A DNA stretch of 64,000 bases from Candidatus Woesearchaeota archaeon (lineage in GTDB: Archaea; Nanobdellota; Nanobdellia; Woesearchaeales; JABGUJ01), in assembly GCA_018646625.1 (NCBI GenBank), contig JABGUJ010000001.1, forward strand, positions 5,534 through 69,533, in the 5' to 3' direction. The notes beneath the pieces were generated by a model. The model was not told the origin of the DNA and searched no databases. It saw nothing but the letters and a program-made list of their open reading frames with translations. The position numbers and the translations under genes are program-made. Below are positions 37,435-47,277 of the stretch, one piece after another. Position 1 is the stretch's first letter, and every line of letters starts with the position of its first letter.

Positions 37435-38555
37435 AATTCAGATAAAACATCCATAATTTCTTTAACAGTTTTGTCCCAAGAATATTTGTACATAATTGTT
37501 TTTCTAGCATGACTACCCATTTCTTTTCTTAAATCATCATTCTTAACAATTTTAGCTAGATGCGCAGCCATTTGCTCGGCATTACGCAGCTCAAACAAAT
37601 AACCATTTAACCCTCTTTTCACATATTTCTTAATCAAACCAACACCAGTTGTGACAACTGGAACACCACAACTCATTGCTTCCATAGTAGCAAGAGAAGT
37701 TGTTTCAGTAAGAGAAGATAAAGCAAACACATCCATCGCTTGATAATACGGAATCACATTATCCGTACCAGAAACCTCTATAATATTCGAAGAATCCTTA
37801 AAAATAGAATTAAAAGGCAATCCTTTACCGACAACCAATAACATCACGTCATCTCTTTTCTCTCTAAGAATCGAAAACGCATTGTAAAGCGTAGTCAAAT
37901 CTTTCTCTCTCGCAATCCTACCAGCATAGCCAATAACTTTTTTCCTGAAATTTATACCAATATTAGATTTTGCAATATTTTTATTTTTCGGAGGACAGAA
38001 TTTCTTAACATCTACACCCAAATGCACTAAATCCATCCTAGACTTAACACCAACTTTTCTCAACTCATCAATTAATCCATCATAAGGAACTAAAAGCAAA
38101 TCACATTTATTGTAAAAGTGCCTAGTCAACCATTTAATAGACTTTAAAGAGAACTTTTTAAGCAAAGGCCTTTCAAAAATACTTCTTGAAACCAACTCCC
38201 ACTCATAAGAATGAACAAAAGAAATTGTTGGCTTCTTATACTTCTTACCATACTTTATTGCCATCGCACCTATCGATCCTATGGTGTGTGACCAAACAAT
38301 ATCCGCATCCTTAACCAGTTTTTTAATTTTCCTGGGTTGAAGAGTAGCAGGAACAAAGTCACCAACCCTCATTTTATGCAACGGTACTCTAACAACAGTC
38401 ACCCCTTTTATTTCAACAACATGACCTTCGTAAGCCGGAGCAATAACTGTTACTTTGTATTTTTTAGCTAAATAAGGTAACAACTCAGCAAGAAATCTGG
38501 CAATACCATCCCATCTCGGGAGAAAACAATCCGATGCAATTAAGAGCTTTTTCAT
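37431..38555 (-). CDS. GT4-family glycosyltransferase (PIG-A/BshA-like GlcNAc transferase)
   Basis: GT-B fold with C-terminal motif SLTETTSLATMEAMSCGVPVV (the E-x7-E region of GT4 enzymes). Confidence 0.7.
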   Translation of the reverse strand: MKKLLIASDCFLPRWDGIARFLAELLPYLAKKYKVTVIAPAYEGHVVEIKGVTVVRVPLHKMRVGDFVPATLQPRKIKKLVKDADIVWSHTIGSIGAMAIKYGKKYKKPTISFVHSYEWELVSRSIFERPLLKKFSLKSIKWLTRHFYNKCDLLLVPYDGLIDELRKVGVKSRMDLVHLGVDVKKFCPPKNKNIAKSNIGINFRKKVIGYAGRIAREKDLTTLYNAFSILREKRDDVMLLVVGKGLPFNSIFKDSSNIIEVSGTDNVIPYYQAMDVFALSSLTETTSLATMEAMSCGVPVVTTGVGLIKKYVKRGLNGYLFELRNAEQMAAHLAKIVKNDDLRKEMGSHARKTIMYKYSWDKTVKEIMDVLSEF

Positions 38556-39205
38556 TTTAGCTTATAAAACTCTTCAGCATAACGATAGCCATGCTTGAAA
38601 CCATTCTTCATTGCTCTAGCGTATACTGCAGGAGTTAATTGAGCTAGAGCCAACCACTGGCTACTAAAACATTTTAATGATTTAATCTTATCACCAAACG
38701 TATCTGAAATATCAACAATTAATTTCGGCGAATCAGTCTTTCTAACATTCATCGTCCATATATTAAAAGCATACAACTCACCAGAGTATTTAATTTCATC
38801 TAAAAAAGTAGTAATAATCTCATGAACCGCCTTATGATCTTTATACAAAACATCATCCATAGAGTGAGTAAAAACCTTAACCGGCTTGTACTTTTTCATA
38901 ATATCTTTAAGTATTTGTTTAACTCTTGGTTGTTTAATCTCACTAGTCAAATGTAAATCTTGTAAACCCAGAAACACAGTATCTTTAACGCCAACAACCT
39001 TACCCGCTTCTTGAGACTCTTTTACTCTCATCTCAGCAGTATATTTTTTTTTTAACCACCAATGACTTCCTTCACCATATGAGAAAATAACTGCATAAAC
39101 ATTATATCCTTCCTTAGAATATTTAGCAATAGTTCCGCCCGCACCTATGATTTCATCATCAGGGTGTGCACAAAACACTACAACATTCTGTTTCTTTGCC
39201 ATCAA
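38552..39205 (-). CDS. PIG-L/LmbE-family N-acetylglucosaminyl deacetylase
   Basis: N-terminal VVFCAHPDDEIIGAGG zinc-binding motif; start overlaps the glycosyltransferase by 4 nt. Confidence 0.75.
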   Translation of the reverse strand: MMAKKQNVVVFCAHPDDEIIGAGGTIAKYSKEGYNVYAVIFSYGEGSHWWLKKKYTAEMRVKESQEAGKVVGVKDTVFLGLQDLHLTSEIKQPRVKQILKDIMKKYKPVKVFTHSMDDVLYKDHKAVHEIITTFLDEIKYSGELYAFNIWTMNVRKTDSPKLIVDISDTFGDKIKSLKCFSSQWLALAQLTPAVYARAMKNGFKHGYRYAEEFYKLK

Positions 39206-39354
39206 TTAGTATCCCTAAATTAGGGCTTTTTAAACATTGCGGGTAGAATAACGAAAGCTGTCTACCGCAACACTACATATATACACCAGAACAGCAATGC
39301 TTAAAAGAAAAAACAACACCTTTTTCTTACTAATTCATTAGGAGGGATTATAAT

Positions 39355-39981
39355 ATGACTAAAGCAACAACAATTTGCGTTCTAGTAGATGATGAAGAAA
39401 AATTAGTAGCTGAAGGTAGACAAGCTCTTGAAACTGCAGGCCACAAAGTTTTAGATTTAGACATTACTCAAGTAATGGCGCCAAGCGCATGGCAAACAAC
39501 ACTTGAACAAGCAGGTGGTAAAAGAGTTTATGTAGTACTTGATAAGAATTTTGAGTACAAAGCAGATGCAATAAAACCATACGCAGAAGGAGCTGACGCA
39601 GTACAACTAGCCGGGCAAGAACCTTCTGATGTTCCTGAAGACATTTCCGGCGGAGGCGCATTAGATTCAATTATTGCTGCCGCAGCAATGTACGGAGGAG
39701 AAATCGTTGTACAGGTCTTGACTTCCGAAAGAGATATGGGAACAGACTATGCAACTAGAGCAGATCACGGAGTTGAAATTTGGACAGGTCACAAAAGAGA
39801 TGTAGCTTATGGTGACAGAGTAACTCAAATAATAGATGCACATGCAGCAAAAGATGCAGCAGTTGCAAGAGATGCACCTGAACAAGTCATAGCAAAACAT
39901 TTTGACGACTTAAAAGAAGAGCACGGGGTCGAAAGACTTTATCTACAACAAAGAACAAGAAAAAGACCTGGAGCGGAATAG
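39355..39981 (+). CDS. Hypothetical Ala-rich protein with receiver-domain-like N-terminus
   Basis: TICVLVDDEEKLVAEGRQALETAGHKV resembles the start of a CheY-like REC domain; composition (Ala/Asp-rich, Lys-poor) is atypical for this window. Confidence 0.3.
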   Translation: MTKATTICVLVDDEEKLVAEGRQALETAGHKVLDLDITQVMAPSAWQTTLEQAGGKRVYVVLDKNFEYKADAIKPYAEGADAVQLAGQEPSDVPEDISGGGALDSIIAAAAMYGGEIVVQVLTSERDMGTDYATRADHGVEIWTGHKRDVAYGDRVTQIIDAHAAKDAAVARDAPEQVIAKHFDDLKEEHGVERLYLQQRTRKRPGAE

Positions 39982-39993
39982 GTCTATTCTTTT

Positions 39994-42282
39994 TTATTTT
40001 CTTTTTGCTTCTCTTTCTAAATCAGCATAATATGCTTGAGGTCCACCAATCTCAGAAACCTTATAGAATAAATCGTCATTTAAACCTGGAAGATAAACTT
40101 CTACTCTCGCGCCTTTAGTTGGTCCATTAGTAATATATCGAATTAAACCGCCCAATCCCCCTGTAATCATCTCGTGACTCGCAATTGCTCCAATACTATG
40201 ACCATCTTTTTTAGAAGAAGGTACCTCTAAACCGTCTGTCAATTTTACAGCTAGCTTAGCATCAAGATCTCCTGATTGAGTTATAATGGTCTTAACCAAA
40301 TCAGATTTTCCACTTAGAGTGTACGGATTTTCTTCAGCAGTAATAAATACTTTACCCCGCACAGATGCCTCAGCGGCGTTATCAACTAAATTTAACATCG
40401 CCGCCATCAATACATCTCGCTCAACATTAACATAGATATGTTCAGGTACTTGATTAATTATTTGTGCATGTCCTCGTGGAGATAAGTGTGCAACAATCTC
40501 ATCAATAAATCCTTTATAGTCAATAATAACAAACTTACCTTTGCGTTCTGTACCCGCCATAAGATCTTCAAGAAGATCTCTAAGTTTCACAGCTTGTTGA
40601 CAATTGAAAGCATCCTTCTTAATATTAGACGGAACTTCATTCGTTGGCGCACTAACCAAATAATCAAGACCATCATACAAAAAGCCATCATCATTATATC
40701 GGTCACCCGCAATCAAGACCAAATCTCCCAAATAAGAAGACAAAGAATCTCTTAAACATCTAAACGCATTAATCGTCAAAGGATTTGCTAAGTTTTTCCC
40801 ATCATGCGCTTTCTTCTTAACTCGCTTTCTTTCAACGAAAGCAGCTTCTTGAGTAGCAGTTAATCTCTCAACTTCCGCATCAGCCTCTGCAGCTCTTCGA
40901 GCAGCCTCGGCCTCACTAACTCGAGCACCCATAGTCTCCAACTGAGACTCAACCCTCTCAGTAACCAATCTAGATCTTTCAACAAGAGACTGACCCATTC
41001 GCGCCGAGTACGCTTGATTAGCTTCATCAATCTTTCCTGCAAGTACAACACGCGCCGCCTTTCGAGAAAAAGCTCTCCAAAATCTATTTGTTGGCTTATA
41101 GTAATAATGATCAAAACAAGCAGGACAATTATAAAAAACCCCTCTGCGAAAGATTCTCTTACCATGCAATTTTAAATCTTCATCCAGTTCACAGAGTAAA
41201 CCAACCTGCAATCCAGGCATCCCAATCAATCTTGGATCTAATTGTTGAGAATAGTTAGATAACACCCCAAAATTTCGAGAAGTCGATCCCCCTGCCACTT
41301 GCGGTGCAAGTGCATGTTCTAAGGTTTCAAGATCATACCCCCAACCCCGATCAACAGGGCGTTGCGGATCAAGCAATCTAACATACCTTCCAAAATATTT
41401 ACCATCTAAGAAAACAGACGTACCGTCTCTGCGCAGTTCATAACCAGTACCAAAATAAGTATTTAATCGATCAACAGTATCTTCTACACGAGATTGAGAA
41501 TGAGTTGCAACATGCTTAAATGGTTTAGCCCTCCACCCGAAAATAGGAATAGAAGAAACTAAAGGAGAAACAGACATCATACCTTGAGTAAACCATTCGT
41601 CCCAAAGACTATTTCTAACAGAATATTCACCCATCTGAACAGATGCTCCGGGTTCAGGACCGCCAAGATCAACATGTCTCATATCAAGAACTGTATTAAA
41701 TCTTTCACTCAAAACATGAGTCAGTGCAACAATGTTTTCAGGAATAGAAAAAGCAGTAGATTGATCAACATCTCTTACATGACGATGCGTCTCAGTAGTT
41801 ACAGACAAAGTAATTGAAGGATCGGGAGGATCAAGCAATGCAGCCCATTGCAACAGATTATGCATAAAAACATCTTCCATAACTTCATAAGGAATTCCTT
41901 TGAACGGAGAAGAAAACAAACGAATTAATCTTTCATCACTACACTCTAAAACATCATCCTTTTCTGCAGCCAAAGCATATATTTGAAACAATCTATTTTC
42001 TCTCAATCCATCCCAAAAAAAACTCACAGAAGAATACCAATCAACAAAAGAAAAATCACTTAACACCCGCCCCCCTTCCATTTTTTTAAGGTTAGGTCTT
42101 TTTTCGTACTTACCAACAACTTTGGCCCTCATAACATCCAGATCTATAAGTAAACTTCTACCAGAAATTGTTTTAGAAAGTTTATGCTTAATTGCCTTAC
42201 GATCTTCACCCTCTCTCAGAACCCTATCTAGAACATCATCTAGAGAGCTTGCGCTCGCTCCTCCTACTGCACTATGAACCAT
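39994..42282 (-). CDS. Large cytoplasmic protein with C-terminal GHKL/histidine-kinase-like ATPase domain (762 aa)
   Basis: C-terminal N-box-like MLNLVDNAAEAS, G-box-like GGLGGLI and ...EVYLPG ending; Arg-rich coiled-coil EAEAARRAAEADAEVERL; no TM segments; N-terminal 500 aa unrecognised. Confidence 0.45.
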   Translation of the reverse strand: MVHSAVGGASASSLDDVLDRVLREGEDRKAIKHKLSKTISGRSLLIDLDVMRAKVVGKYEKRPNLKKMEGGRVLSDFSFVDWYSSVSFFWDGLRENRLFQIYALAAEKDDVLECSDERLIRLFSSPFKGIPYEVMEDVFMHNLLQWAALLDPPDPSITLSVTTETHRHVRDVDQSTAFSIPENIVALTHVLSERFNTVLDMRHVDLGGPEPGASVQMGEYSVRNSLWDEWFTQGMMSVSPLVSSIPIFGWRAKPFKHVATHSQSRVEDTVDRLNTYFGTGYELRRDGTSVFLDGKYFGRYVRLLDPQRPVDRGWGYDLETLEHALAPQVAGGSTSRNFGVLSNYSQQLDPRLIGMPGLQVGLLCELDEDLKLHGKRIFRRGVFYNCPACFDHYYYKPTNRFWRAFSRKAARVVLAGKIDEANQAYSARMGQSLVERSRLVTERVESQLETMGARVSEAEAARRAAEADAEVERLTATQEAAFVERKRVKKKAHDGKNLANPLTINAFRCLRDSLSSYLGDLVLIAGDRYNDDGFLYDGLDYLVSAPTNEVPSNIKKDAFNCQQAVKLRDLLEDLMAGTERKGKFVIIDYKGFIDEIVAHLSPRGHAQIINQVPEHIYVNVERDVLMAAMLNLVDNAAEASVRGKVFITAEENPYTLSGKSDLVKTIITQSGDLDAKLAVKLTDGLEVPSSKKDGHSIGAIASHEMITGGLGGLIRYITNGPTKGARVEVYLPGLNDDLFYKVSEIGGPQAYYADLEREAKRK

Positions 42283-42392
42283 TAGAAAAAGATACTCACT
42301 TATAATTTAAATGCTTTACTAAAGCCCAGAAAAACCCTATTTAAAGCCCTCTAAACCAAAGACTTATAATCAATAACTAACCAAAACAAGGC

Positions 42393-43490
42393 ATGATTGA
42401 AATAAAAGAAGTAACTCGAGAAAACATAGCAGAATTTCTCAAACTTCCTGTAAAAATATACAAAAACGATCCAGAATGGGTACATCCAATAGATGAAGAT
42501 GAAGAATTATTCTTCTCAGACTCCAACCCTTGCTGGGACAATGTAAAGAAAAAACTTTTTATCGCAATAAAGAATAAAGAAACAGTTGGAAGAATCGCAG
42601 CATTCATTGATCCGTTCTATCAAAAGATTGAGAAAGTTGGTTACTTCGGCTGTTTCGAATCAATTAATGATAAAGAAGTTGCTAAGGCACTACTAAATGC
42701 AGCAGAACAATACATCAAACAAAACAAAATCAAAGAAATATGGGGACCAATCGATGGAAACATTGGACACAAATGTGGCCTACTACTAGAACACGAACCA
42801 CAAATCATTGCACCACTAATGAACTACCATCCTAAATACTATAAAGATTTAATGAAATCATGCAAATTAAAAAAACTAGTAGATACATTATCTTACAAAA
42901 TAGATATTTCTCAAGTAAAAGATAAAGATTTAGTAATTAACCAACCCACACACATCCACTTCAGACCAATAAGAAACGACAAAGTAGTAGATGACTGTCA
43001 CATTGGAACAAAAATAATAAACGCAGCGTTCAAACCAACAAAACACACATTATTCAGACCACACAAGATAGAAGAAGCAGAATTCCAATGGAAAGATGTT
43101 CCTATGCTCAATAACCCTCACTTAGCATTCTTCATCTACGACGAGAAAAAGAAAAAAGACTGTGGACTGGTCCTTAGCTTTCCAAACGTAAACATAATTG
43201 TTAAACACTTCAAAGGCAAGCTAAACTTCATCAACAAAATAAAATTCATTTTTAATAGAAATAAAATAGGAGAAGTAAAGTCCGACATCATGGCAGTTTT
43301 ACCAGAATACAAAGGTAAAGGACTGGGAAAACTTATGATGGTAAAGCTTCTAAGAAACATGAAAGAACAAGGTTTCCAAACATTAGAGTACTCATGGGTA
43401 TTAGAAACAAACAAAATATCCCGAAAAATTGCAGAACACTATGGCGGAAAAATAGATAAGAAATATAGAATATATCAGAAAAAGATCTAG
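42393..43490 (+). CDS. Putative GNAT-fold N-acyltransferase (365 aa)
   Basis: C-terminal acetyl-CoA-binding-like segment MAVLPEYKGKGLGKLMM. Confidence 0.35.
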   Translation: MIEIKEVTRENIAEFLKLPVKIYKNDPEWVHPIDEDEELFFSDSNPCWDNVKKKLFIAIKNKETVGRIAAFIDPFYQKIEKVGYFGCFESINDKEVAKALLNAAEQYIKQNKIKEIWGPIDGNIGHKCGLLLEHEPQIIAPLMNYHPKYYKDLMKSCKLKKLVDTLSYKIDISQVKDKDLVINQPTHIHFRPIRNDKVVDDCHIGTKIINAAFKPTKHTLFRPHKIEEAEFQWKDVPMLNNPHLAFFIYDEKKKKDCGLVLSFPNVNIIVKHFKGKLNFINKIKFIFNRNKIGEVKSDIMAVLPEYKGKGLGKLMMVKLLRNMKEQGFQTLEYSWVLETNKISRKIAEHYGGKIDKKYRIYQKKI

Positions 43491-44167
43491 ATAATCTTAG
43501 CCAAAACACTTTCTCCTGCTCTAACTTTATCCCCTTCTTTAACTAAAACTTTAACTTTATTAGCAGGCAGTACAACATCAACCTGAGAACCCATCTTAAT
43601 CATTCCAAACCTTTGTCCTTTCTTCACTTTACTACCTTTTTTCACCCAACAAACAACTTTGTTCACAGCTAAATCTGCAATTTGCACAACATAAACAGGA
43701 AACTTCCCTTTAATCAACACAACATTCCGTTCATTCACCCACATATGATGAGAATATTTGTAAAAAGGCCGTATATTTAGTAAAGTTCTAAACCACATTA
43801 TCGTCATTGCCAAATTGTTATGATTATAATGCTTGACATGATCAACCTTGCCTGCAATTGGCGCCCTATTAACGTGAACAGAAAAAGGACTCATAAACAC
43901 ACCAATCAAATACTTATCGCCATAAGATTTTTCTTTAATATCATCCTTAAGACTAATTTTTCTACCCCTCTTAACGGAAATCGGAACAACACCCTTCTTA
44001 ATCCTCTTAACATAAACGATTTCACCATCCGCAGGACTAACAACATTATTACCAGAAGGAACAACTCTATCAGGATCTCTAAAGAACCAAATAAATCTCC
44101 AATAAACCCACGCCATACACAAAACGCACAAAACCACTAATATCGCAAAACCACACACATTCATCAC
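43487..44167 (-). CDS. psd: Phosphatidylserine (archaetidylserine) decarboxylase proenzyme
   Basis: N-terminal TM anchor; FGMIKMGSQVDV self-cleavage-site-like G-S motif near the C-terminus; HVNRAPIAGKV region. Confidence 0.7.
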   Translation of the reverse strand: MMNVCGFAILVVLCVLCMAWVYWRFIWFFRDPDRVVPSGNNVVSPADGEIVYVKRIKKGVVPISVKRGRKISLKDDIKEKSYGDKYLIGVFMSPFSVHVNRAPIAGKVDHVKHYNHNNLAMTIMWFRTLLNIRPFYKYSHHMWVNERNVVLIKGKFPVYVVQIADLAVNKVVCWVKKGSKVKKGQRFGMIKMGSQVDVVLPANKVKVLVKEGDKVRAGESVLAKII

Positions 44168-45766
44168 TCACACATATTTTACCTTTATCCCATGTTTATG
44201 AGGATACTTTTCAAACTCATACAAATTAATAATCAAAGGGCTTTTGCCAGTTTTCTTCTGCAATATTGAAAAATTAAGTGGAAAGTCAGTACTTAATTTA
44301 GTAAAATAACGCATAACAGCAGCATGTGCTTTTTTCTCTAACGCTTTACTTTTACGCTGCTTTTTCTTCAATTGCACATCAATCTGCAAGAAAGGATTAT
44401 AGTTCTTATCATAAACTTCTTGTAATCTAAACACACCCGAAAACTGTTTCAAAAATTGTTTATTAGAAAAAATAACATCATGAATATATTCAGGATAAAT
44501 CAATTGACCTATAAAATTCACAGTACCATCAGATCTACCTACAACAAAAACAAAAGGAGTTGGAAGTTCAAGTTTCAAAGAAACACCGTGCTCTTTTAAG
44601 ATCTTATTAACTTTATCATTAGTTAACAATCCGCCAACGTCATGTATATTATACCTAATCAAAGGCATCATCGCCTTCAGATCACAGTTAGTAAATATCA
44701 ATTCATCTTTCTTATTAGTTTCAATGAAATACTTAGTAGGATCATACTGAAACAAAGTCGGCAAAACAGAAGCATACGTTCCATAAATTGCTTTTCGCAA
44801 CTTTTTATCATTCATACACAAATAACGAATATAAGCAGAATCTTTTGTTTCATTAACACCAGTTATTCCCAAATCTGATGCACCAAACGCAGAAAAAATA
44901 AATCCCTTACGATCATCTCGCATAGATGTGCCTAAAATAGTAGACATGTGCTGCCTCCATCCTTCAGTAAAAGGTTCAGCACCAAGAAGCAAGTTAATTT
45001 TATATCGCTTAAAATTAATCTTTTTCCGTACGCCTTCTTCAAATAAATTCTTAGTAAAATGAGGAGTACCAGCAAAGATAAATTGATCATATTCATCTTT
45101 CATATCTTTGAAAATATCAAGACTTTCCTCCATGTCCGCACCAGGAGCAATAACTGAACACTTAGAATCAGCAATCATCAACAAATCCACACCACTAACC
45201 CAAGATCCCAATGCAAAAGTGTCAACTAACAAGGTTTTTTCTTTAGTAATATTAAATAACAAATCCAGTCCTAGAGCCGCAAAGTTCTTTGACTCCTTTT
45301 GCTCTTCTCTAGATTTCGCCCAAGTACTTGCCTTGCCACTATACCCGGAACTTCTAGCCAATAAACTACATTTAGAAACATCCATCCCAACACAAAGATC
45401 ACTTAAACCTTTAGAAGTTTTAACATAATCATTCTTTGTCATCATAGGAACATACTTCACAAAGTCATCAAAATCCGCAACATCAGATATTATCACATTC
45501 CTAGAAGATAAAAAGTTTTCATAATGAGAAATATTCAAAGCTGCACGCTTAAACGCTGCCACCACTTTGCGCTTCGCCATAATATCAAGATCTTTAGGTG
45601 AAGAATTCAGAATCAAAGATCTTAAGAAATCAATATTATGAGCATTTCTACGCATAAAACTATCCAGCACAGCAGCTGGAAGATACCTCACCACTTTTGA
45701 CAACATAATACTATACTCCAAAAGAAGGTATTTAAAGGTTTTTAACCAAAGGACAGAGAAATTCAA
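44168..45766 (-). CDS. Putative adenylate-forming enzyme (PaaK/F390-synthetase/GH3-like)
   Basis: SSGYSGKAS resembles the SSGTTGKP P-loop of phenylacetate-CoA-ligase-like enzymes; 532 aa. Confidence 0.35.
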   Translation of the reverse strand: MNFSVLWLKTFKYLLLEYSIMLSKVVRYLPAAVLDSFMRRNAHNIDFLRSLILNSSPKDLDIMAKRKVVAAFKRAALNISHYENFLSSRNVIISDVADFDDFVKYVPMMTKNDYVKTSKGLSDLCVGMDVSKCSLLARSSGYSGKASTWAKSREEQKESKNFAALGLDLLFNITKEKTLLVDTFALGSWVSGVDLLMIADSKCSVIAPGADMEESLDIFKDMKDEYDQFIFAGTPHFTKNLFEEGVRKKINFKRYKINLLLGAEPFTEGWRQHMSTILGTSMRDDRKGFIFSAFGASDLGITGVNETKDSAYIRYLCMNDKKLRKAIYGTYASVLPTLFQYDPTKYFIETNKKDELIFTNCDLKAMMPLIRYNIHDVGGLLTNDKVNKILKEHGVSLKLELPTPFVFVVGRSDGTVNFIGQLIYPEYIHDVIFSNKQFLKQFSGVFRLQEVYDKNYNPFLQIDVQLKKKQRKSKALEKKAHAAVMRYFTKLSTDFPLNFSILQKKTGKSPLIINLYEFEKYPHKHGIKVKYV

Positions 45767-46595
45767 GAATCACTGCCTCTAATTCATCAGCATCTTCAAC
45801 AACAACCATGTGATGATTATCTCTAAGAACCCTTAGTTCAGCAGATTTGTGTAACGTTTGAATCTCCTTAGTAAATCTGGGAGGAATAACCGGATCTTGA
45901 TCTCCAGCAAGAAGCAAGAGAGGCATTTCCAAAGATCTTATTGCGCCATCTATTTTAGATTGATTCTTAAAAACATACTTCTCAACATTATCTAAAGTTT
46001 TTACAATACTTCTCAAAGGAGTTAAATGTACAAGATGAGATAAAAGATGTAGATCTTCCCTCATACCTGATGCAGACAAATCAACATCACCAAATCCTCT
46101 CAAATGATTATGATGAGAAAGCTTATGCTTCGAAATATATCTCAAAAGATGAGTAAGATATGGTTTCAAATTTAACAAACGTTCATGATCAAAAGGATAT
46201 GTTCGTGCACTCTCGACCAACACCATAGCAGAAGGACGCAAAGACTTGTACAACATACAATAATTAATTGCCACCGCGCCACCCAGACTATGACCCAGGA
46301 ATGCAAAATTTTCAATCTTCTCTTTTTTCAAAATTGCCCTTATATCTTTAGAAAAATTAGGCAATCTATACTTGGACATTGCATCAGGAGCATCGGATTT
46401 ACCATGACCCCTCATATCAATAGCCAACAAAGAAAAACCTACTCGCTTAAAATAATCAAACTCTTTTTTCCATATAGTCCAGTTAGCACCAACACCATGA
46501 AGAAAAACTAAAGTGAATGGAGATTTGCCTTTATGATAATGATAATAGATTCTCGTACCATCAAAAGACTTCATTCTTCGCATAGAAATAACCAA
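45732..46595 (-). CDS. Alpha/beta-fold hydrolase
   Basis: Nucleophile elbow GHSLGG, HG oxyanion motif (FLHGVGAN), C-terminal His. Confidence 0.7.
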   Translation of the reverse strand: MVISMRRMKSFDGTRIYYHYHKGKSPFTLVFLHGVGANWTIWKKEFDYFKRVGFSLLAIDMRGHGKSDAPDAMSKYRLPNFSKDIRAILKKEKIENFAFLGHSLGGAVAINYCMLYKSLRPSAMVLVESARTYPFDHERLLNLKPYLTHLLRYISKHKLSHHNHLRGFGDVDLSASGMREDLHLLSHLVHLTPLRSIVKTLDNVEKYVFKNQSKIDGAIRSLEMPLLLLAGDQDPVIPPRFTKEIQTLHKSAELRVLRDNHHMVVVEDADELEAVILEFLCPLVKNL

Positions 46596-46637
46596 CAGAC
46601 TATGAATTTATAAAACATACTAAGAAAAAGAAAAAAA

Positions 46638-47114
46638 TCACTTCAAAGCGGTATAGATATCATGTTCCGAGTCGTCTGAATCTTCATGAAATCTATCATC
46701 ATACAATTCAAAGAAAATCTTTGATTTATCCTCAACAAGATTAAGCTTCTTAAACTCCTCTTCAAGAGCACAATACGTCTCACCAACTTTAGATATATTA
46801 CCCTTATGTGTCACAACAAAATACTTTGCGGCAGGAACTTTTTGAAGTTTCATCCCTTCAGGCACAAAACCATCATCCTTCACTTCAACTCCAGCAATAT
46901 GCTCAAAAGAACAATCATCGCCTTCTATCCCTTCTGCCACGTTACACAAACCATAAAACAAATCGCCAGATCGATTTTTAATCTCTTGCAGCCTTGGAAC
47001 AAAAGCATTCCAAGAATCCTTAAGTCTAGCAGGATAATTAGGCTCTTTCAACGAAACCTTGATTGGCATCCCAATCACAAAAAATTCATCTTTCTCAACA
47101 ATTTTATGATCCAC
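46638..47114 (-). CDS. GyrI-like small-molecule-binding domain protein
   Basis: About 155 aa with the pattern typical of AraC-effector-binding/GyrI-like proteins (EFFVIGMPIKV..., FEHIAGVEV...). Confidence 0.5.
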   Translation of the reverse strand: MDHKIVEKDEFFVIGMPIKVSLKEPNYPARLKDSWNAFVPRLQEIKNRSGDLFYGLCNVAEGIEGDDCSFEHIAGVEVKDDGFVPEGMKLQKVPAAKYFVVTHKGNISKVGETYCALEEEFKKLNLVEDKSKIFFELYDDRFHEDSDDSEHDIYTALK

Positions 47115-47277
47115 TTCACATCACCAAAACTAAAACAATCTAACTCAATTAAATACATATCGTAAGAATGTCCAGTGTCCAGTGAAATAATAAGAAATGC
47201 GCCGACACATAAACATAGGTAAAATTGAGGGGATTAATACCTCAACACATTTAAATTCAAATATTTCTGATAATGAT

